The notes below the pieces were generated by a model that was not told where the DNA came from, did no database searches, and saw only the letters and a program-made list of their open reading frames with translations. DNA of 61,531 nucleotides, counting the filler, from Sphacelaria rigidula (lineage: Eukaryota), in NCBI GenBank assembly GCA_964200075.2. It is 7 parts of 7 records of this genome, joined end to end, with 100 filler letters (N's around TTAATTAATTAA, not from the genome) between each part and the next. Parts side by side here need not be neighbours in the genome. Positions count along the whole stretch, not along the records: positions 8,806 to 17,510 come from CAXNAA020010323.1; positions 17,611 to 26,315 come from CAXNAA020010324.1; 5 more parts are not named here. One strand, 5' to 3'. This document shows positions 11,793 through 25,585 of the stretch, in pieces (position 1 is the stretch's first letter; each line of letters opens with the position of its first letter). The position numbers were made by a program, and so were the translations under genes.

Positions 11793-14344
11793 ACGGCGGC
11801 TGGGTTAGGGTTTCTGAAAAATGTGAATATCGTGCAGTGCAGAAAGTACAGCACTGTCAGTACTGCCTACATATAACAGGGTGTACATGCGAGTTTGCCG
11901 TAGTACAGCAGCCGCACTTGAAAGGTTTCGAACAACGTGTAGTACAGACACTGCATACTGTCTGTACTACCGGCAGACGGTAGTACAGCGGTCATTGGAG
12001 AAAAATACTGGCAATGCGGTGCATGCGGCAGTGCAACAAGATGATGTATGATGGCGACCGAGAACCGCTGGCCAGAGGCCATTGCCTGCCTGCGTTTCAA
12101 TGGTGCCACGGATGTGCCAGGAATATCCACCGGCGAATAACGCAGAATATAGATACTTGAATGTTCTCATGTATCGAAGTGCATGGCCATCGGAACAGAA
12201 ACAGCTCCCCACCGTGGCGCTTAGCCTCGAGGAAAATACACTAGTCTGGATTCAGAACAACGTTTCAGTGCTTGCTTCAAAGGCTTCCTCCCCGGCAGGG
12301 CTTCAGAGACTTTAAGGCAGAGCAAGTATACAAACAGCTGTCTTCGTTGAACCGGAAGGTGTCCTTTGCACCTCTTCCTATGTCAAGCAGTCATTGTCAT
12401 GCTCCAGAGAAAATCCCATGACCTAGTCTCATGTAAATATAATATCCGTATCTCCTTCCCGCAGTCAGCATACCATGCACCTGCTCGTGTACGGAAGGTG
12501 GACTACTCTATAGCACCCCCAAAAATCCGCACTATTCGAAGTAGAAAGCGAGTTTGACGAACAGTAGACACCGACGATCACGTCCATGCTCTCCTGTAGT
12601 TGGTGAGACACAACCATACAATCATGCTCCACAAGAGAAAATGACAATGTGCACAGCCAGTGTTGCGCCGGGGGTTAGTGTTGTGTTCCCCACGACCACC
12701 CCCAAAATAAAGACACGGCGGAGTTTGCACAACCGGTGCCGGGGGTCAGTGTCATGTTCCCCACCCCCTCCCCCTAAAATGAACACACGACAGAGCCGAA
12801 GAAGTGTATAGAGGGTAAGATCACAACGATAGTGATACAAAGCTGTAGCATGTATCCGGAGCTACGTTCTGATCGAAGTCTGGCTCAATTCCACCCAGTA
12901 CAGCACACAAACCAGTGACGGATACCCCTCACAACAATTGATACTATTTATACAAGCGAAAAAGTCATTTTCCAACATGCCGCTCGAAAACGCAATCGAA
13001 GATTACTGATACTGTACGAATGCCTGCAAGCCGAAGCTCTGGAGGATAGTACAACGAGCTACTAGCCGTCGTTCAAGCTCAATAGTGCTTCAGTTGGAGA
13101 TCAGAATAGTTCAGTATCTGCAGTACACTATCTTCGCGTTACTCCCATTTTTTCATCTCTGACAGAGGTCCGCGCAGCCACAAACTGGAGGACTGGTAAG
13201 CGTACGTGTATCTACACAGAGCAACTTGATTTGTCTCTGCAGCTGCCGTGTGTATCGATATATTGCCATCCCGATGGGGGGTGTCAGGACATGTGAAATG
13301 CGGCGCAAATACGCATCCGATCATAGGTGGTATCCAAATTGAGCGGCAAGTAAATGCGCCGCGTTTAATCAGTTTTGGTTCATCCTACGGTGAGGGTTAC
13401 ACATTTGGTCTCAAATCTTCATCATTCAGGACCTCCTAAAGCCAGGGGTAACATAAGATTATGGGTCAGGATATTGCTGTTTCCAAATGCTATCCGGATA
13501 TCCCGAGCCCTCGGGAATGCTGCTCGTGGCGTGCTTACATCTTTCATAAAGCATTTTTTTCGTTATATTGACACTTCGAGATACGACTGAGAGTGAGAAT
13601 CGATGGACCGATAAACGAAATGATTTCCGGTTAAGAAATGCTCCTCCGGGCTTCATATGAGGACCGGAACGCTTTCTGTGGCAGGTTGCCATGAAGCCTT
13701 TGATACCCTCGAGTAGGATATCGACGTGAAGCTGTAAGCAGACGCGAGTGTTTCAGGGAAACACACACATAAAAAAAAAATGAAAAAAAAGCTGTCAAGT
13801 TGGAGTGAAACATGAAAAACTAATTCCTAATCAACGCTAGAGTCTCAATCTCGCGAAAAAAATGTTGTAAGTCGTGTTTTGGATGAGAGAGAGGGCACAT
13901 AATATTTCGAACCTCAGAATATCTTTGTAGACCCCTATACCGTTACATAGCACCACTCTAGGTATCTTGGGGATATCTTCTTCCGCACTCATACATGCTA
14001 CAATCAACAATGCCCGCCAGTAGGGCGGACGTAACACACATGTGCATGCCGTTGTCGCTGGGATGGCGCGTGAAGCGTGCTTGCGGGATTGCCGTGCAAC
14101 GTATAATGCACAGCCACGTTCCACCGGCTCGTTGTGTCGTCCGCGAGACCGTAAGCTGTAGGAATCAATAGAGTGGTACCGCTAAAATGGCGCCGGTGTT
14201 CGCTTCGAAGAATAGGTGGTCACATCGACTGTCCGGTGTGGTGCAGGCAGAATGTCGGTGAAATATTGGCAAGTAGAGAGCGAGGGAAAACATCACCCGA
14301 AGTTGTCTCTCCAGCGTTCAGCACATTGAACATTCGGTCATCAA

Positions 14345-14755
14345 GATTGAGGGTGGAGCTTTTCATTGAGGATGATGGCCCAGAAAGCTCAAATCGTTGT
14401 ATCCACAAAATTCGGAATAGTGTTGCATCCCTTCACCCACCGGTAGCTATCGATGAACACTGTACGCGGTACAATTCTGGATTCCAATAACCAAAACCCG
14501 GGATCCTAGGTAAAAACAAAATTTGGGTAAGGTACGTGATCCGTTGTGATCACCTACATTCCACAACTTTGGTTTTTCATGTAGAACCCCAAATTTTCGG
14601 TTCTCCGAATCCAAATTCGTTTTGAATGCAGTTGTTGCCAATGGCTGCCAGTAGGTGGACGAATACATCAATATATCGAAGAATTGGTGTGAAAAAAAAG
14701 ATTTTGCCTCTCCGGGTAGTCATCTCATCGACAATCTCCATCCCCCAATTATGAC
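14345..14755. mobile_element. Diverged copy of the 2617-3046 foldback element
   Basis: Both arms alignable (CTAGGTAAAAAC; AATTGGTGTG..AAGATT..TCTCCGGGT..TCCATCCCC). Confidence 0.6.
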
Positions 14756-16255
14756 TACCGGCTGCCATCGGTGTTACCAACGACGCCTGGCGGCTCGCCC
14801 GCTGTGCAGAACAAAATTGGAGACCGCCTAATGACTCGAGTCGATGCGAATGCGGTGGCCGGGTCGCACAGCATTCCAGTCTGTTGAGTGCAAGATTATG
14901 GCTTCCACCTGGTTTCTGTTTCCTGAATCATTTGATTGGTATCGATGCTTTTTTTCGCGTCCAACAGCCGATTCACCCAAGGGCGTCGCCGGACTACTTA
15001 CCATGTTCACGTACGCACAAGAGCGCATCACACCAAGCACAATGCACCTTTTCTATCAATGCAAGGCACGGGCTATGAGTACCTAGTGGAGGAGACAACC
15101 GCCACGGTCGTATGTACACGTGTGCAACCTATCTACACGATATATGTCTTCAACTCTCTCTACAGGTTCAATCGAAACGCGAATTCATTGGCATGGTCTT
15201 TGCCCGCTTTCGATGCCGAATCCTCTCCCTCCGACCCGCTGCACTGGGAATCTGAATCTCCAATCCAGAACGCCGCTGAATACGTCAACCCGCCCTCTGA
15301 GAGTCCACCTCGTCCGCCGTCGCTGCAGTTACGACTGGTAGGACCCGTTACCAGATCCGATCTCTCTCCCACCACCCTCCCGCCGTCGCGCCAGAACGAT
15401 TCCCCATCATGAGTAATATTATCATCTACACCCGGCGCCTTCCTCGCTCAATTCGCCTCGCCCCCTCCACACAACGCCGCCGCTGATCGTCCCTCCCATG
15501 GATCGCCGCGGACCCGCCCCTTGCATAGTTCGCCGCTGACCCGCCCTTTCCATGGCTCGCCGCTGACCCACCACTCCCACGGTTCGCCGTCGATCCGCCC
15601 CTCCCGTTATGACGTCGGCGGCGTGCACCGACGTTTACTCCGGCGGAATCACGTGGAAGTCGCGTCGGTTGCTGGGGAATGGGGAGGGGGCAACAAGCAT
15701 CAATCCTGGCAACCGCACCTCAGCGTGCAGCATCTCAAACACCTGCACCCCTGCCCCCTGTGTCGTCTTTGCGCCGCTGGCTTTCAAGCACATCTGAGGG
15801 TTCGCACGTTCCCGGATGACGAGTGATCAATACGTCGCAGATGACAACAGTCGACACAATAGTCCCGGTTGCCGAAGCGCCATGATACAAACGGAATATA
15901 GTTGTTCATAGTGGTCGTCCACATACATGTCTCTACTGTACAAGTCGAGTGCTACAGCGAACAACAATAGCATTTCGGTCATGCAGGTTACGAGGTTTTG
16001 CTAGCTCATGCAAATATGACTTACTTTTACTCTACACATTTCACCATTCCATTTGGCACAGTTCGATTTTACTATCATGTCAACATTCTAGCATCTGCTC
16101 GATGCTGGAATCAAACATCTTACTGTCTCACCGTTATTCTTGAAACAATCGTAAGCTCACAGCATGTGGGTAAGTCCAACGTAGAATGACACAGGACGAA
16201 CGTCACGATATGCTTGGTCACAGATCAAGGCCGATTTCTTTTCTCTTTCTCTCAT

Positions 16256-17510
16256 TGGTGGTGTCGAGACTTCGCACTTCCGAAAAGGAGTGGACACCAG
16301 GGTGCACCCGATTAGGTCGGTCCTCGGAAAGAACCGGATCCAACCAGATGTAAAGAGGCATGTTTATGTATTCCGTCTCTCGACGGATTTACATAACGCC
16401 TCACCCCTGACTGCGGTAGTAGCCAGTCCCGCAATCAGCCCTCCGGGCGCGCAAGTCGTTTTGAATCGACGGCCCATCATCGTACTACCCATATCCACCA
16501 CGCCACGCCGCGATCCGTAACATAGCATCATGCACCATGCTCTCCTTCTTGGCAGGGATAGCTACATGCGGTTCGACCAACGTACGTACCGCACCCTCCC
16601 ACCGTTATCGCCTCAGTCGGCGCCTCGTGGAGAGCTCCAACTGGAACACTTTGGTACCCTCAATGGTGCCTTAGCCTACAAAAAGAATGAGCAGGCAACT
16701 GGAGCGGCTTACCATCTTCGGTACAATGGCAGTTCCGGTGTCACCCTTCCCGACGAGCCTCAACTCTTGGAAGTTTTGCTTGTTCGCCGCAACGGCATGC
16801 CTGCCCTCACCGACCACCACCTTGCAGAACTACTGCCTAAAGTCGGTGCTCCCGCTGGCACTGAGCATTGTGTCTCGGACGGCGACCAACTCCTGCCTCT
16901 CAGAGGCCATGCTAATTTGGAACCTGGCGATGTCTTGGGCATCGCCGCGGCTCCTCTTATGCACATTCCTCTAGAAACCTGTGTCGCCGACCCTCCGGCG
17001 CCTGACCTTACGCCGCCGACTGACGGCTTTGTCCACTGCATCGATGAGCCATACTTCAATCTCTCTGCCCCATCGCCGACTCCGATTTCTGCGGTGGAAT
17101 CTGACAGACCCCCTGCTGAACCTCCTGATGAATTGCTTCAACGCTTGTCAGTCGATTCTCGGGGACGATTCTTGCAAATGTGGCACCAACTTCCACCTCA
17201 TTTGCGTGATATCCATTTTGACCTACATAGTCCGGGCTGGGAGCCCGCCGTCATCCAAGAGCTACAAGATGTTCTCCTGGAAATTCAGGACAGATTTTCA
17301 TGATCCAAGACGGATCTCGGGCATTGTAAAACATTGCCATTCGAGATAACACTGCAACCTGGCGTTTAGCCAATCTCATCTCGACCATATCGAACGAATC
17401 CCCTCCTCACCAAAAAAGTCAATGCTATTTTGGATGCCTACTTAGGAGCTGGTCTGATTCAACACTCGTCTTCGCCATGGGCCTCACCCCTCGTGGTCGT
17501 CCCCAAAAAA
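16256..17510 (+). mobile_element. Ty3/Gypsy pol remnant (PBS, protease C-terminus, RT N-terminus), cut by scaffold end
   Basis: TGGTGGTGTCGAG after CA at 16256; LLLGRD in ORF 16530-17303; same frame continues past stops as SKTDLGHC..RPYRTNP..GLIQHSSSPWASPLVVVPKK. Confidence 0.9.
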
Positions 17511-17610
17511 NNNNNNNNNNNNNNNNNNNNNNNNNNNNNNNNNNNNNNNNNNNNTTAATTAATTAANNNNNNNNNNNNNNNNNNNNNNNNNNNNNNNNNN
17601 NNNNNNNNNN
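17511..17610. other. Artificial scaffold linker
   Basis: 44N-TTAATTAATTAA-44N. Confidence 0.99.
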
Positions 17611-17976
17611 ATTTGTTGCTTGCCTTAGTCATTTGACCATTGTAGGGCTTTAGGGGTTTGGGGGGGGGGGAGAGGAATAGAGGAGAGGGGAGAGGGGAGA
17701 GGGTGAACAGAGCAGCGCTGACTAGAGAAGGAACAGAGCAAGGGAAAAAAGGATCAAAAGAGAACACAAGAACAGTAGAAAAATTCAATAGCCAGGCAAA
17801 GGTCCATTACCGGTCCCGAGAAGCGTGTGGTTAGATCTTCGACATGTGTTGTCACGTGTGCCTTACCGCCTCCCGCCCCCTTCCACCCTACCTTCTTCCG
17901 GCCATTGATTTCTGCCGCAATCTTACCCTTTCACCATTCGGCCTTCACAAACTGCTTGTGTCTGGTGCACAAAAAG

Positions 17977-18179
17977 TGGCTGGGTTGGTTGTAAGTGTGG
18001 GCGGACTGAGCGAGTCTGTGGTGAAGCAGTCGTCTTCAGCGCTGCTGCAATGGGCCAGGGCCTGCAAAACATCTGGGAACCAAAGAGCGCTGGCGGGGCT
18101 GGGCTTACGCTTGGTGGCTATGTTTGCGGAGGCCGAAAGAGACTCCCGTGTAGTGGTACCGCTGCTGAAGACAGTCGAG
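17977..18179 (+). CDS. TBCD: Tubulin-specific chaperone (cofactor) D, internal exon
   Basis: AG|..|GT bounded; AGLVVSVGGLSESVVKQS...RVVVPLLKTVE matches the TBCD C-terminal region; ends in phase 0. Confidence 0.9.
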
Positions 18180-18440
18180 GTGAACCCAGAGGGTTTGGTT
18201 GAAGTTCCAGTGCGTCCTGCAACGGTTCAATGAAGTTGGTTGATTTTGTCGAGTGTCTGCGTCAGTTTATGAACTGCGTCAGTTTCCAACATGAAGATGA
18301 ACATAGTAATATTGCATTTTATGAATACCTTGTTTTTTTGTGTATATATATCGCTGTTGAATCATGCTGCTATGTTTTGGTCACTTCAAAACAGGTTTTT
18401 TCGTTCGTTTCGACTCAATTTTATACCCACCCTACCCCCC

Positions 18441-18737
18441 TATGGGGTTGGCGTCTGTTGGCAATGACGCTGTGAAACACGCCACTCACTGCGTAAGGTA
18501 GGCAACCAGGTTACCGATTTGTTTTTCGCGCTTGCGGGGTGTTTCGCGGTAACCATGATGGCCGTGCTAGAACATATTGTGCGGGGCGGGAGAACCTCAA
18601 TTCCTCGCAAAGGGGATGGTCAAACTACATGTTGTTCGAATGGTGAGACACTTGCAAAATCTGGCGTTCTCCGTCCCAGTTCCGTAGGGATGCGAGGTCA
18701 ATGGTCAGATGACGATGGCATGCAAGATCATGATTAC
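18441..18737 (+). mobile_element. Non-LTR family B insertion in a TBCD intron, with C-rich TSD
   Basis: 5' part aligns with 32836-33060; family B tail; flanks CCCACCCTACCCCCC and CCCCCCCTGCCCCC. Confidence 0.7.
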
Positions 18738-19762
18738 ACCCCCCCTGCCCCCTCGGAACGTATTTTATGAAACTTCAAAACGGGGCGCAAAACTCTGTAA
18801 AGGCACTGAATGGTGTATTTTTCTAGTCTCCAATCCCTACTCGTGTTTATGTTTCGCTCCCGCAGAGCTGGCAGATGGGATTTCCTGCCGAAGTTGTGCA
18901 GTCGGCAGATAGCTAAGTCGCAACCTGCTTTCTCGGCCTTGCTCTTCGCACGGCCTCTTTCCCTCAAGTTCTGGTAGGAACCTTTCGGGAGGTTCGCGAC
19001 CGGTTGTTAGATATGCTGTTTCCTTTCCTTGACATCCCTTGCTTCTTCGTTTCTCTCTTATTATTTGATCCCTTCATTCTCAAGTCATGTTTCTTGTTTG
19101 TTCCCCTTCTTGTTTCGATTTTTCAACTGATCGAGTTTGCCGTAGCGAGATGTTTACAATTTTCCGCCTTCGCTGAACACGTTCATTTTGTACCCCTGGA
19201 TGAGCACGTGTGCGGGGTTCTGTTGTAGCTAGATCATTATCTGAAGTAGTGCACGCGACCAAATCCCTTCCTTGAAATAGGCGATGGCCCTGTTTTAGAA
19301 AAAAACATGTTTTTACGTGACACGTGCATGCTGTGTGGATATTTGGAATATGAGCGGCGATGTAGATGCGGGACTTCAGCCGCATCGCGGACGAATGGGT
19401 GTGGTACTGTGTGCGTGTTCGCTGTACAAGTGGTGTGCGTTATTGTCAGCTGAATCGATTGTAACTGTGTACTACCTTGAAGAATCTATTTGGTTCCGCG
19501 TTTGCGTGTCTATTGTTGCGTCACGTGTTTAGCCACCGCCGTCTGAAGTTGTTCAATCCAAATGCAGTTCTCCGTCTGTCATTGTTGATATTCGACAATG
19601 ATAGGTATGCGTGAATGTCCTCACAGCATGTCTCATGTCTCCCTCTTGCTACTCGCTGCTCTACACTATTCAAGCGGACAACAAGCAGCACCTTCACTTT
19701 TGTTTTTGTTGACCTCCCCACAACCCTCTGCGGTCCCCACGGCGTCTCATGACTTGTCACAG

Positions 19763-19893
19763 GTGCTTCTGGCGAATGACACGTTCGATTTCCTATCTGC
19801 AGGTGACCACCCCTTCGCTGAAGCCTTGCGGGCTGCCGTGGCCGGCGAGATGAAAGGGTGTCGTGACGTCAAAACGACGTGTCTGGGCGCCAG
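19763..19893 (+). CDS. TBCD: Tubulin-specific chaperone D, internal exon
   Basis: CACAG|GTG...GCCAG|GTATGT; VLLANDTFDFL...EMKGCRDVKTTCLGA; phase 0 in and phase 2 out, compatible with both neighbours. Confidence 0.85.
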
Positions 19894-20677
19894 GTATGTA
19901 GTGTGCATGTACAAGGGGTGGGCCTCAATTCCTAATCATACACCGCACTTATTGCACGCCTGTTCTACTTGTGTCGCCCCCCCCGCCCCGAGGTATGCAA
20001 AACCTGTACTGATATAGTACCCTTTTTTTCCCTTCTGCACGCTCTCGAGTCACGCTTTCAACGCGTGCCCTTTCGCGGGACGATTTGGTGTTGTCGAGGG
20101 ACCAACCCATCTCCCCATCATGTTTGCAGTATTGTTTTGGCGAAATACAAAGTTGCGCGGAAGTAGATGAAACCCCTTGTTTCGAATTCGCACCAGAAAA
20201 GGAATCTATCAAGCCTAATATGTCGCTCCTAAAGTACCTGCGTGCCATGTGCCGTTATACGGTGAGTACGCCGTTGATCAGGTAGGGGTAATTCCCGAGC
20301 AGTATTTTCTTCATTATGAAGAACTGGATCGGTCTGAACAAANNNNNNNNNNCCAACACTGCGCTCCATAATCACCCTCCTGCCCTGTGCCGTTTTTCTG
20401 TGATCTCCCCCCCCCCCCCCCCCCCCCCCCCCCTCAACGCTTCGACTGTCGGTGTGGCGCAACTGGGCCTTGCAGTAAAAATAACCCCGAAGAAACCTTG
20501 ACTGCGCAGAAGATCGCACGGGGTGCGCTACCGTCGGTCATTGTTGAGAGTATATCACCTTGGGTGGTGACAAACCCCGGCCAAAACTGAGCTGTAGATG
20601 AGGTCCCGCGCTGCGAGATCAATTCCCGTTTATCTAAAATAGCCCGACGAAATATCTGAAAACTTTCTAAACGTCGG

Positions 20678-21150
20678 ACAGAGCAGCTACCTGCAGCTCC
20701 AGCTAAGTCCTTTTTTGCGCGGCCCACTACAGAGCTATGAGAGCTACGTGAGCCATCGCATGTCTATCCTGGGTGAGCTGTGAGAGCTACTCCAGCTACG
20801 CGTGTTTGCTCTAGATGAGCTATCAACCCGTAGCTCATCAGCGCATGTCTACCCTGGGTGAGCTATGAGAGCTACATGAGTCACGCATCTTTGCCCCGTG
20901 GGAGCTACCAAACCCGTAGCTCATCAGCTTATGTTCGCGCATTTTCGTCGTGACCGAGCTGTGAGAGCTATGTGAGCTACGCATGTGTGCCCTAGGTGAG
21001 CTGCATACCCGTAGCTGATCAGCGCATGTTTCCGCTGGGTAAGCTGTGAGAGCTACATGAGCTATGCCTGTTTGTTTTGGATGAGCTAGGAGAGCTACGT
21101 GAGCTACGCATGTTTGCCTTAGGTGAGCTACCGGACGTAGCTCACCCGTG
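20678..21150 (+). repeat. AGCT-rich ~40/81-bp tandem array
   Basis: Repeated GGTGAGCTATGAGAGCTACATGAG / CCCGTAGCTCATCAGCGCATG units. Confidence 0.85.
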
Positions 21151-23201
21151 CAGGTTCAGAAAGGTATTTCGGGTTTCCGTTCCGAAACGACGGAGTCAGG
21201 AAAAGGGGAACAGCTTCACGAGCATTCCCACAAAGCGACGATTCATCCTGCAGAACAATTCAAAGCCTACTCAGCACAATTTCCTCGTTCGTACCGTTCG
21301 CACCGTACTCTTGACAACGCCCCGTATACGAGTTGGTCAGCGTCGATAAAGATGCCACAGCTCTGAGCACAGGTTGCTCACAATGTCGGAACATTGATTA
21401 ACATCCAACACATCTGTGTGCCGTGATGATATGTATCGAATCCTTGATCTCTTCATATCCAGCAGGAACCCACCGAGCTTTCCTTACCGTAGTGGTCTCA
21501 ACTTTATCATTACAGTGGAGTTTGTACGAAGTCGGCGACGATCGTTGCCGGTGTACCGGCGGTTCTACAAAAGTCGCCTGGATCCGCAGAATATGAAAAC
21601 ACCGGCTTACACCGAACATACGCTCGGCGCTGTGTCACTCGTGCGGGCTGTACAACACATGGGGTGATTCAAGATTACTACAGATATGCTATGTTATCCC
21701 ATACAAGACAGACGCTCGCTGTGATGACGTCGTAGCTTTACAAAATAGGCGTTGGAAATCGTGCTCGCACAAGGGGAGTTCTACAGGCTGGTTCAGTGTG
21801 GAGGCCTAAACTTCATTCCCCACTAGCTACAGAACGCAAAACTGACCCGATATAAACATGTTCGGTATCGTAGTGACCCCCACGAGCAAGCGAACAGTTG
21901 TGACACGACCAGATTCAATTTCTTGCGTTCTTTGCCGTGCCGCTGGCAGTGAAGATGTTTCTCGGCCAATCAGCGGCCTTCAAATTGTTCTGAGATCGGG
22001 AATGCGAATTTCCGACTCAATCTGTGCCTAATCGCATCGCGAATTAAACCTTGGTGACCACCATCAGCTAGGACATCCAACGCAAAATAACATATGTGAA
22101 AACGGTTGGAATCAGATAGAGTTTTATCCCAGCAATTGGATATCGGTGATGTGGGGTTGTGGCGTCGTCGGATTTCCACCGATAATATGCATCGAAGACC
22201 CAGAAAGCCTCTCGACGTTTTTCCTTGTACCTTTTGTGGAAATGCTCGGATCATCCTCAAACTTGGTAGCATGGTAGATATGGGTGTCGCGAATGGAAAA
22301 AGAAAAAAGAAAAAAACGTTGAAGAATGTTTCAGAGTGTATCCGTCTTCCACCAGTTTCCAGGGGTCCCAGTATGAAGACCCCCAGGAGCCAGTAGATTG
22401 CTTCGAAATAAGAACAAATCGAGGTTAACTGGTCCCGAGATGGTCCAAGGAGCGTTTGCACAAAGATGCGTTGCGTAACCTAAAAAGCTGATCTCAAGCT
22501 GTCGGTTTTAGCTCAAGCGCACGAGGACGACGTCGATAGCATTCCCTATTCAAGTAATACGGGGGATTCCGTGTACATTTTTATACTTCAACGCACATAC
22601 GGGCGATTGTTCTGGCCATTCTTTCGAGTTAGAACCTGAAAGTTTGCAAAAAGGTGCTCTGAGAGATTCAAAAAGGCTGTATGAATAGGATCTGTGGATT
22701 TATTTATTTATTCGCAAGATATCCCCAACCCACCGCCTCCTGGGACCCCGGATATCTGGCGAAAAAATGGGGGAAAAAAATAAATATTATTCATACCACC
22801 TTCGTAAATATCTCAGAAAAATCTTGTGCAAACGGTTAGAGTCTAGCTCGAAATAACGGCGTGAACAATCGCTGGGGAGTAGATTCCGGTCGTTCACCCT
22901 GAACCAGCCTGCACACCGTCATGCAGACTGCACTAACGAAATCGCGGTGTAAAAACCTCGTGTGCTTGTCGTAAAACAAGGAAAGTGTTTTTCTTTGAAC
23001 CCCTGTATGATGTTTGGTGGTGTGAAGGGATCGGTCTCCGGTCAACAAACTTACCGGAGATGTAGAAGTGATCGTTGATGCTTCCTTGTTCTCGAAGATT
23101 CGTATGAGGTTCCACCCCGTGTTTGTCGGTGCTGGCTGCACGTGACCGTGTCCAACACACTGGGTGATGTACAATGAAACAGCAATATTGCTCACGTCGA
23201 A

Positions 23202-23745
23202 GAGATCAGCTCTCTGTAGCTCGAGCTAGCTCTTCTTCAGCGTAGCTGCCTACGGAGCTATGAGAGCTACATGAGCTGCGCATGTTTGCCCTAGGTGAGC
23301 TACCAAACCGTAGCTCATCAGCGAATATTCGCCCTGGGTGAGCTATGAGAGCTACATGACCTACGCGAGTTTGCCCTAGATGAGCTGCCATCCTGTAGCT
23401 CATCAGCGCATATTCGCTCTGGGTGAACTAGAGAGCTATATAGCTACATATTTTGCCCTAGATGAGCTGCCATCCCGTAGTTCATCAGACATATTCGCTC
23501 TGGGTGAGCTAGAGAGCTACATAGCTACGTATTTTGCCCTAGATGAGCTGCCATCCCGTAGCTCATCAGCCATATTCGCTCTGGGTGAGCTTGAGAGCTA
23601 CACAGCTACGCATTTTGTCCTGGGCGAGCTACTAGCCCGCAGCTTCAGGGCATGTTTACCCTGGGTGAGCTATCGTGAGCTAGCCCACAGTCACATATTT
23701 GACTACAAGTGAGCTAAAGCCCGAGGATGAGCTAACTCACGAGCT
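23202..23745 (+). repeat. AGCT-rich 81-bp tandem array
   Basis: Near-identical 81-bp units, visible as a 27-aa repeat in ORF 23380-23712. Confidence 0.9.
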
Positions 23746-25029
23746 GGTGGACGTGTGTATTTGTCCTCGGCGTCTCCGCCACAATTGTAGAAATCTCGAG
23801 CTTGGGTTTCATGTCATGTTCCCCGGTGTCATCATTTGTTCAAGAAGCACCTGAGGTTTCAAGGTGAGGTTCGTTTGCATCGGGGCGGGCAAGGAGGGAA
23901 GGAAACATAGTTACATGCAGTTCGCGGCGGCGTGCTGCCTAGGAGGTATACAATACCTTCGAGCACAGTATGTATGTCTATATATATATGTGTGTGTGTG
24001 TACAAGCCGCACGGGACCCGGGGCTGCGCACCGGTCCCGTCCGTCTTTTTCGAGGGTCTCGGTATTCTTGCCTTGCCAAGCCCTCGTGAGAACAGATCGT
24101 CTCTCAAAATATTCATGCCCGCCGGAAACATTGCAGGACCACCGCGATCGCGCGTCCGTTCGAACGGTCGCGAACGCATGTGTACCCCCGCACCAAGTAA
24201 AGCACGAATCCGCTAACCGGGCCCCTAGCATTGGCATTGGCCCGAACAGTCATCTCCCGGGTCGGGTGCGGAGGAACTTGCACACTAAAATCAGACGTAA
24301 ATCTTGTGGACGCCTCGTCACAAAGTATGCTTGACGCTCGTGAGTTTAAAATATTATATATATATATATATATATACGATGTCTGCCAGGTTGTACCTAA
24401 CGTATGCTGTCGGTGCATGGCCACGACGTGTCACGGTACAGCAAGCAGAATTGATGGACAACCCCTGCGCCTTTCGCTGACGTGCTGCCGCATAGCGCAT
24501 AACACAACAAAAAAGGACGGTTCAACCCTGCGTTGTCACTTGTTGGATACCTCCCCACACTGCTACTGCTCCGCCAACCGCACCGCACACCCGAGTGCCT
24601 CCCCACGCAGTGGGAGTTCCAGCATAGTGCAGTGAATCGCCAGCACGTAATGGCAGCACTGCGCTGGGGTAGATATTTTCACAGCGGATCAGACGTGTGA
24701 TCGGTTCCTCTGACCGCACCGATGTAGGGATCTACTATCTGATTGATGCTGTCCCTCTCACTCTCATGTTGTACGGTCCACGACACTCCGGCTTTATATC
24801 ACCTTACATCGGATACCGGAACACATTCATGTTGTGTACTTCGAAGTACATCGCAATTTATCGGAAAATGTGCATGTGCCGGGTGACGCCATGTGTACCA
24901 TGGCTACCTCTTTTCGGGGAATTCAAAACGTGTTCTCGAAAGTCTTGGTGTTTCGGGGCTTGCGTTTCACGAGCGTCTTTGTTTCACCGTCAATAGAGGA
25001 TTCTCACCGCCACCAGCTTATTCTTTTCT

Positions 25030-25142
25030 TGAGCGCATGTTTCAGTTTCGCTTTTCGTGGGTACGTCTATCACGCGACCACGGCTGGACCCATGGGTGGT
25101 CAGTGAAAGTGCGGCAATCAATGAATCAATCAAATCAAATCA
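25030..25142 (+). mobile_element. RTE-type LINE 3' tail with (CAAT/CAAAT)n
   Basis: Aligns with 42030-42130. Confidence 0.7.
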
Positions 25143-25585
25143 GCTTTGAGCAGTACAAACCTGCTGCTTTGTGATTTCGACCTCGGTGTACAAGAACTGT
25201 ATGTATGTTTCATTGCACATGCAGCTGACCAATGAAGCAAATAGCAAACGACAAGGTGCACCAGCCCTGCTTGCTTCTGTCGTCCCGACCGTACTCACAC
25301 AGCAACCTCTCAGGCGATGCACGCGCTATGTTGTTAACCGACATGCGCGAATTAAGTCTGACCAACCTCACTTGAGTTGAACCTGTTCCGAACTGATGAC
25401 CACTCTTGCTGCACTGCAACCACCACTGTATTTAACTGGAGATCGATACTGTGGGTGCCTGTGTGTTGTGTCCGCTCTCTGCGTGTGCATGTACAAATAT
25501 GCACTGTCTCTTCTCTCTCTCTGCCCGTTGTGCCTCTGTGCTTCTCGTGGCCCGTGTCTTTCCTTCCGTCCCTCCATCTTTGCAG

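Noticed and set aside
19317-19420. Fanzor/TnpB C-terminal motif (CCVDIWNMSGDVDAG)
   Set aside because: Lacks RDxNAAxN and any upstream RuvC motifs; lies in a TBCD intron.
23380-23712. ORF with a 27-aa repeat
   Set aside because: By-product of an 81-bp DNA repeat inside a TBCD intron; other copies do not keep the frame.
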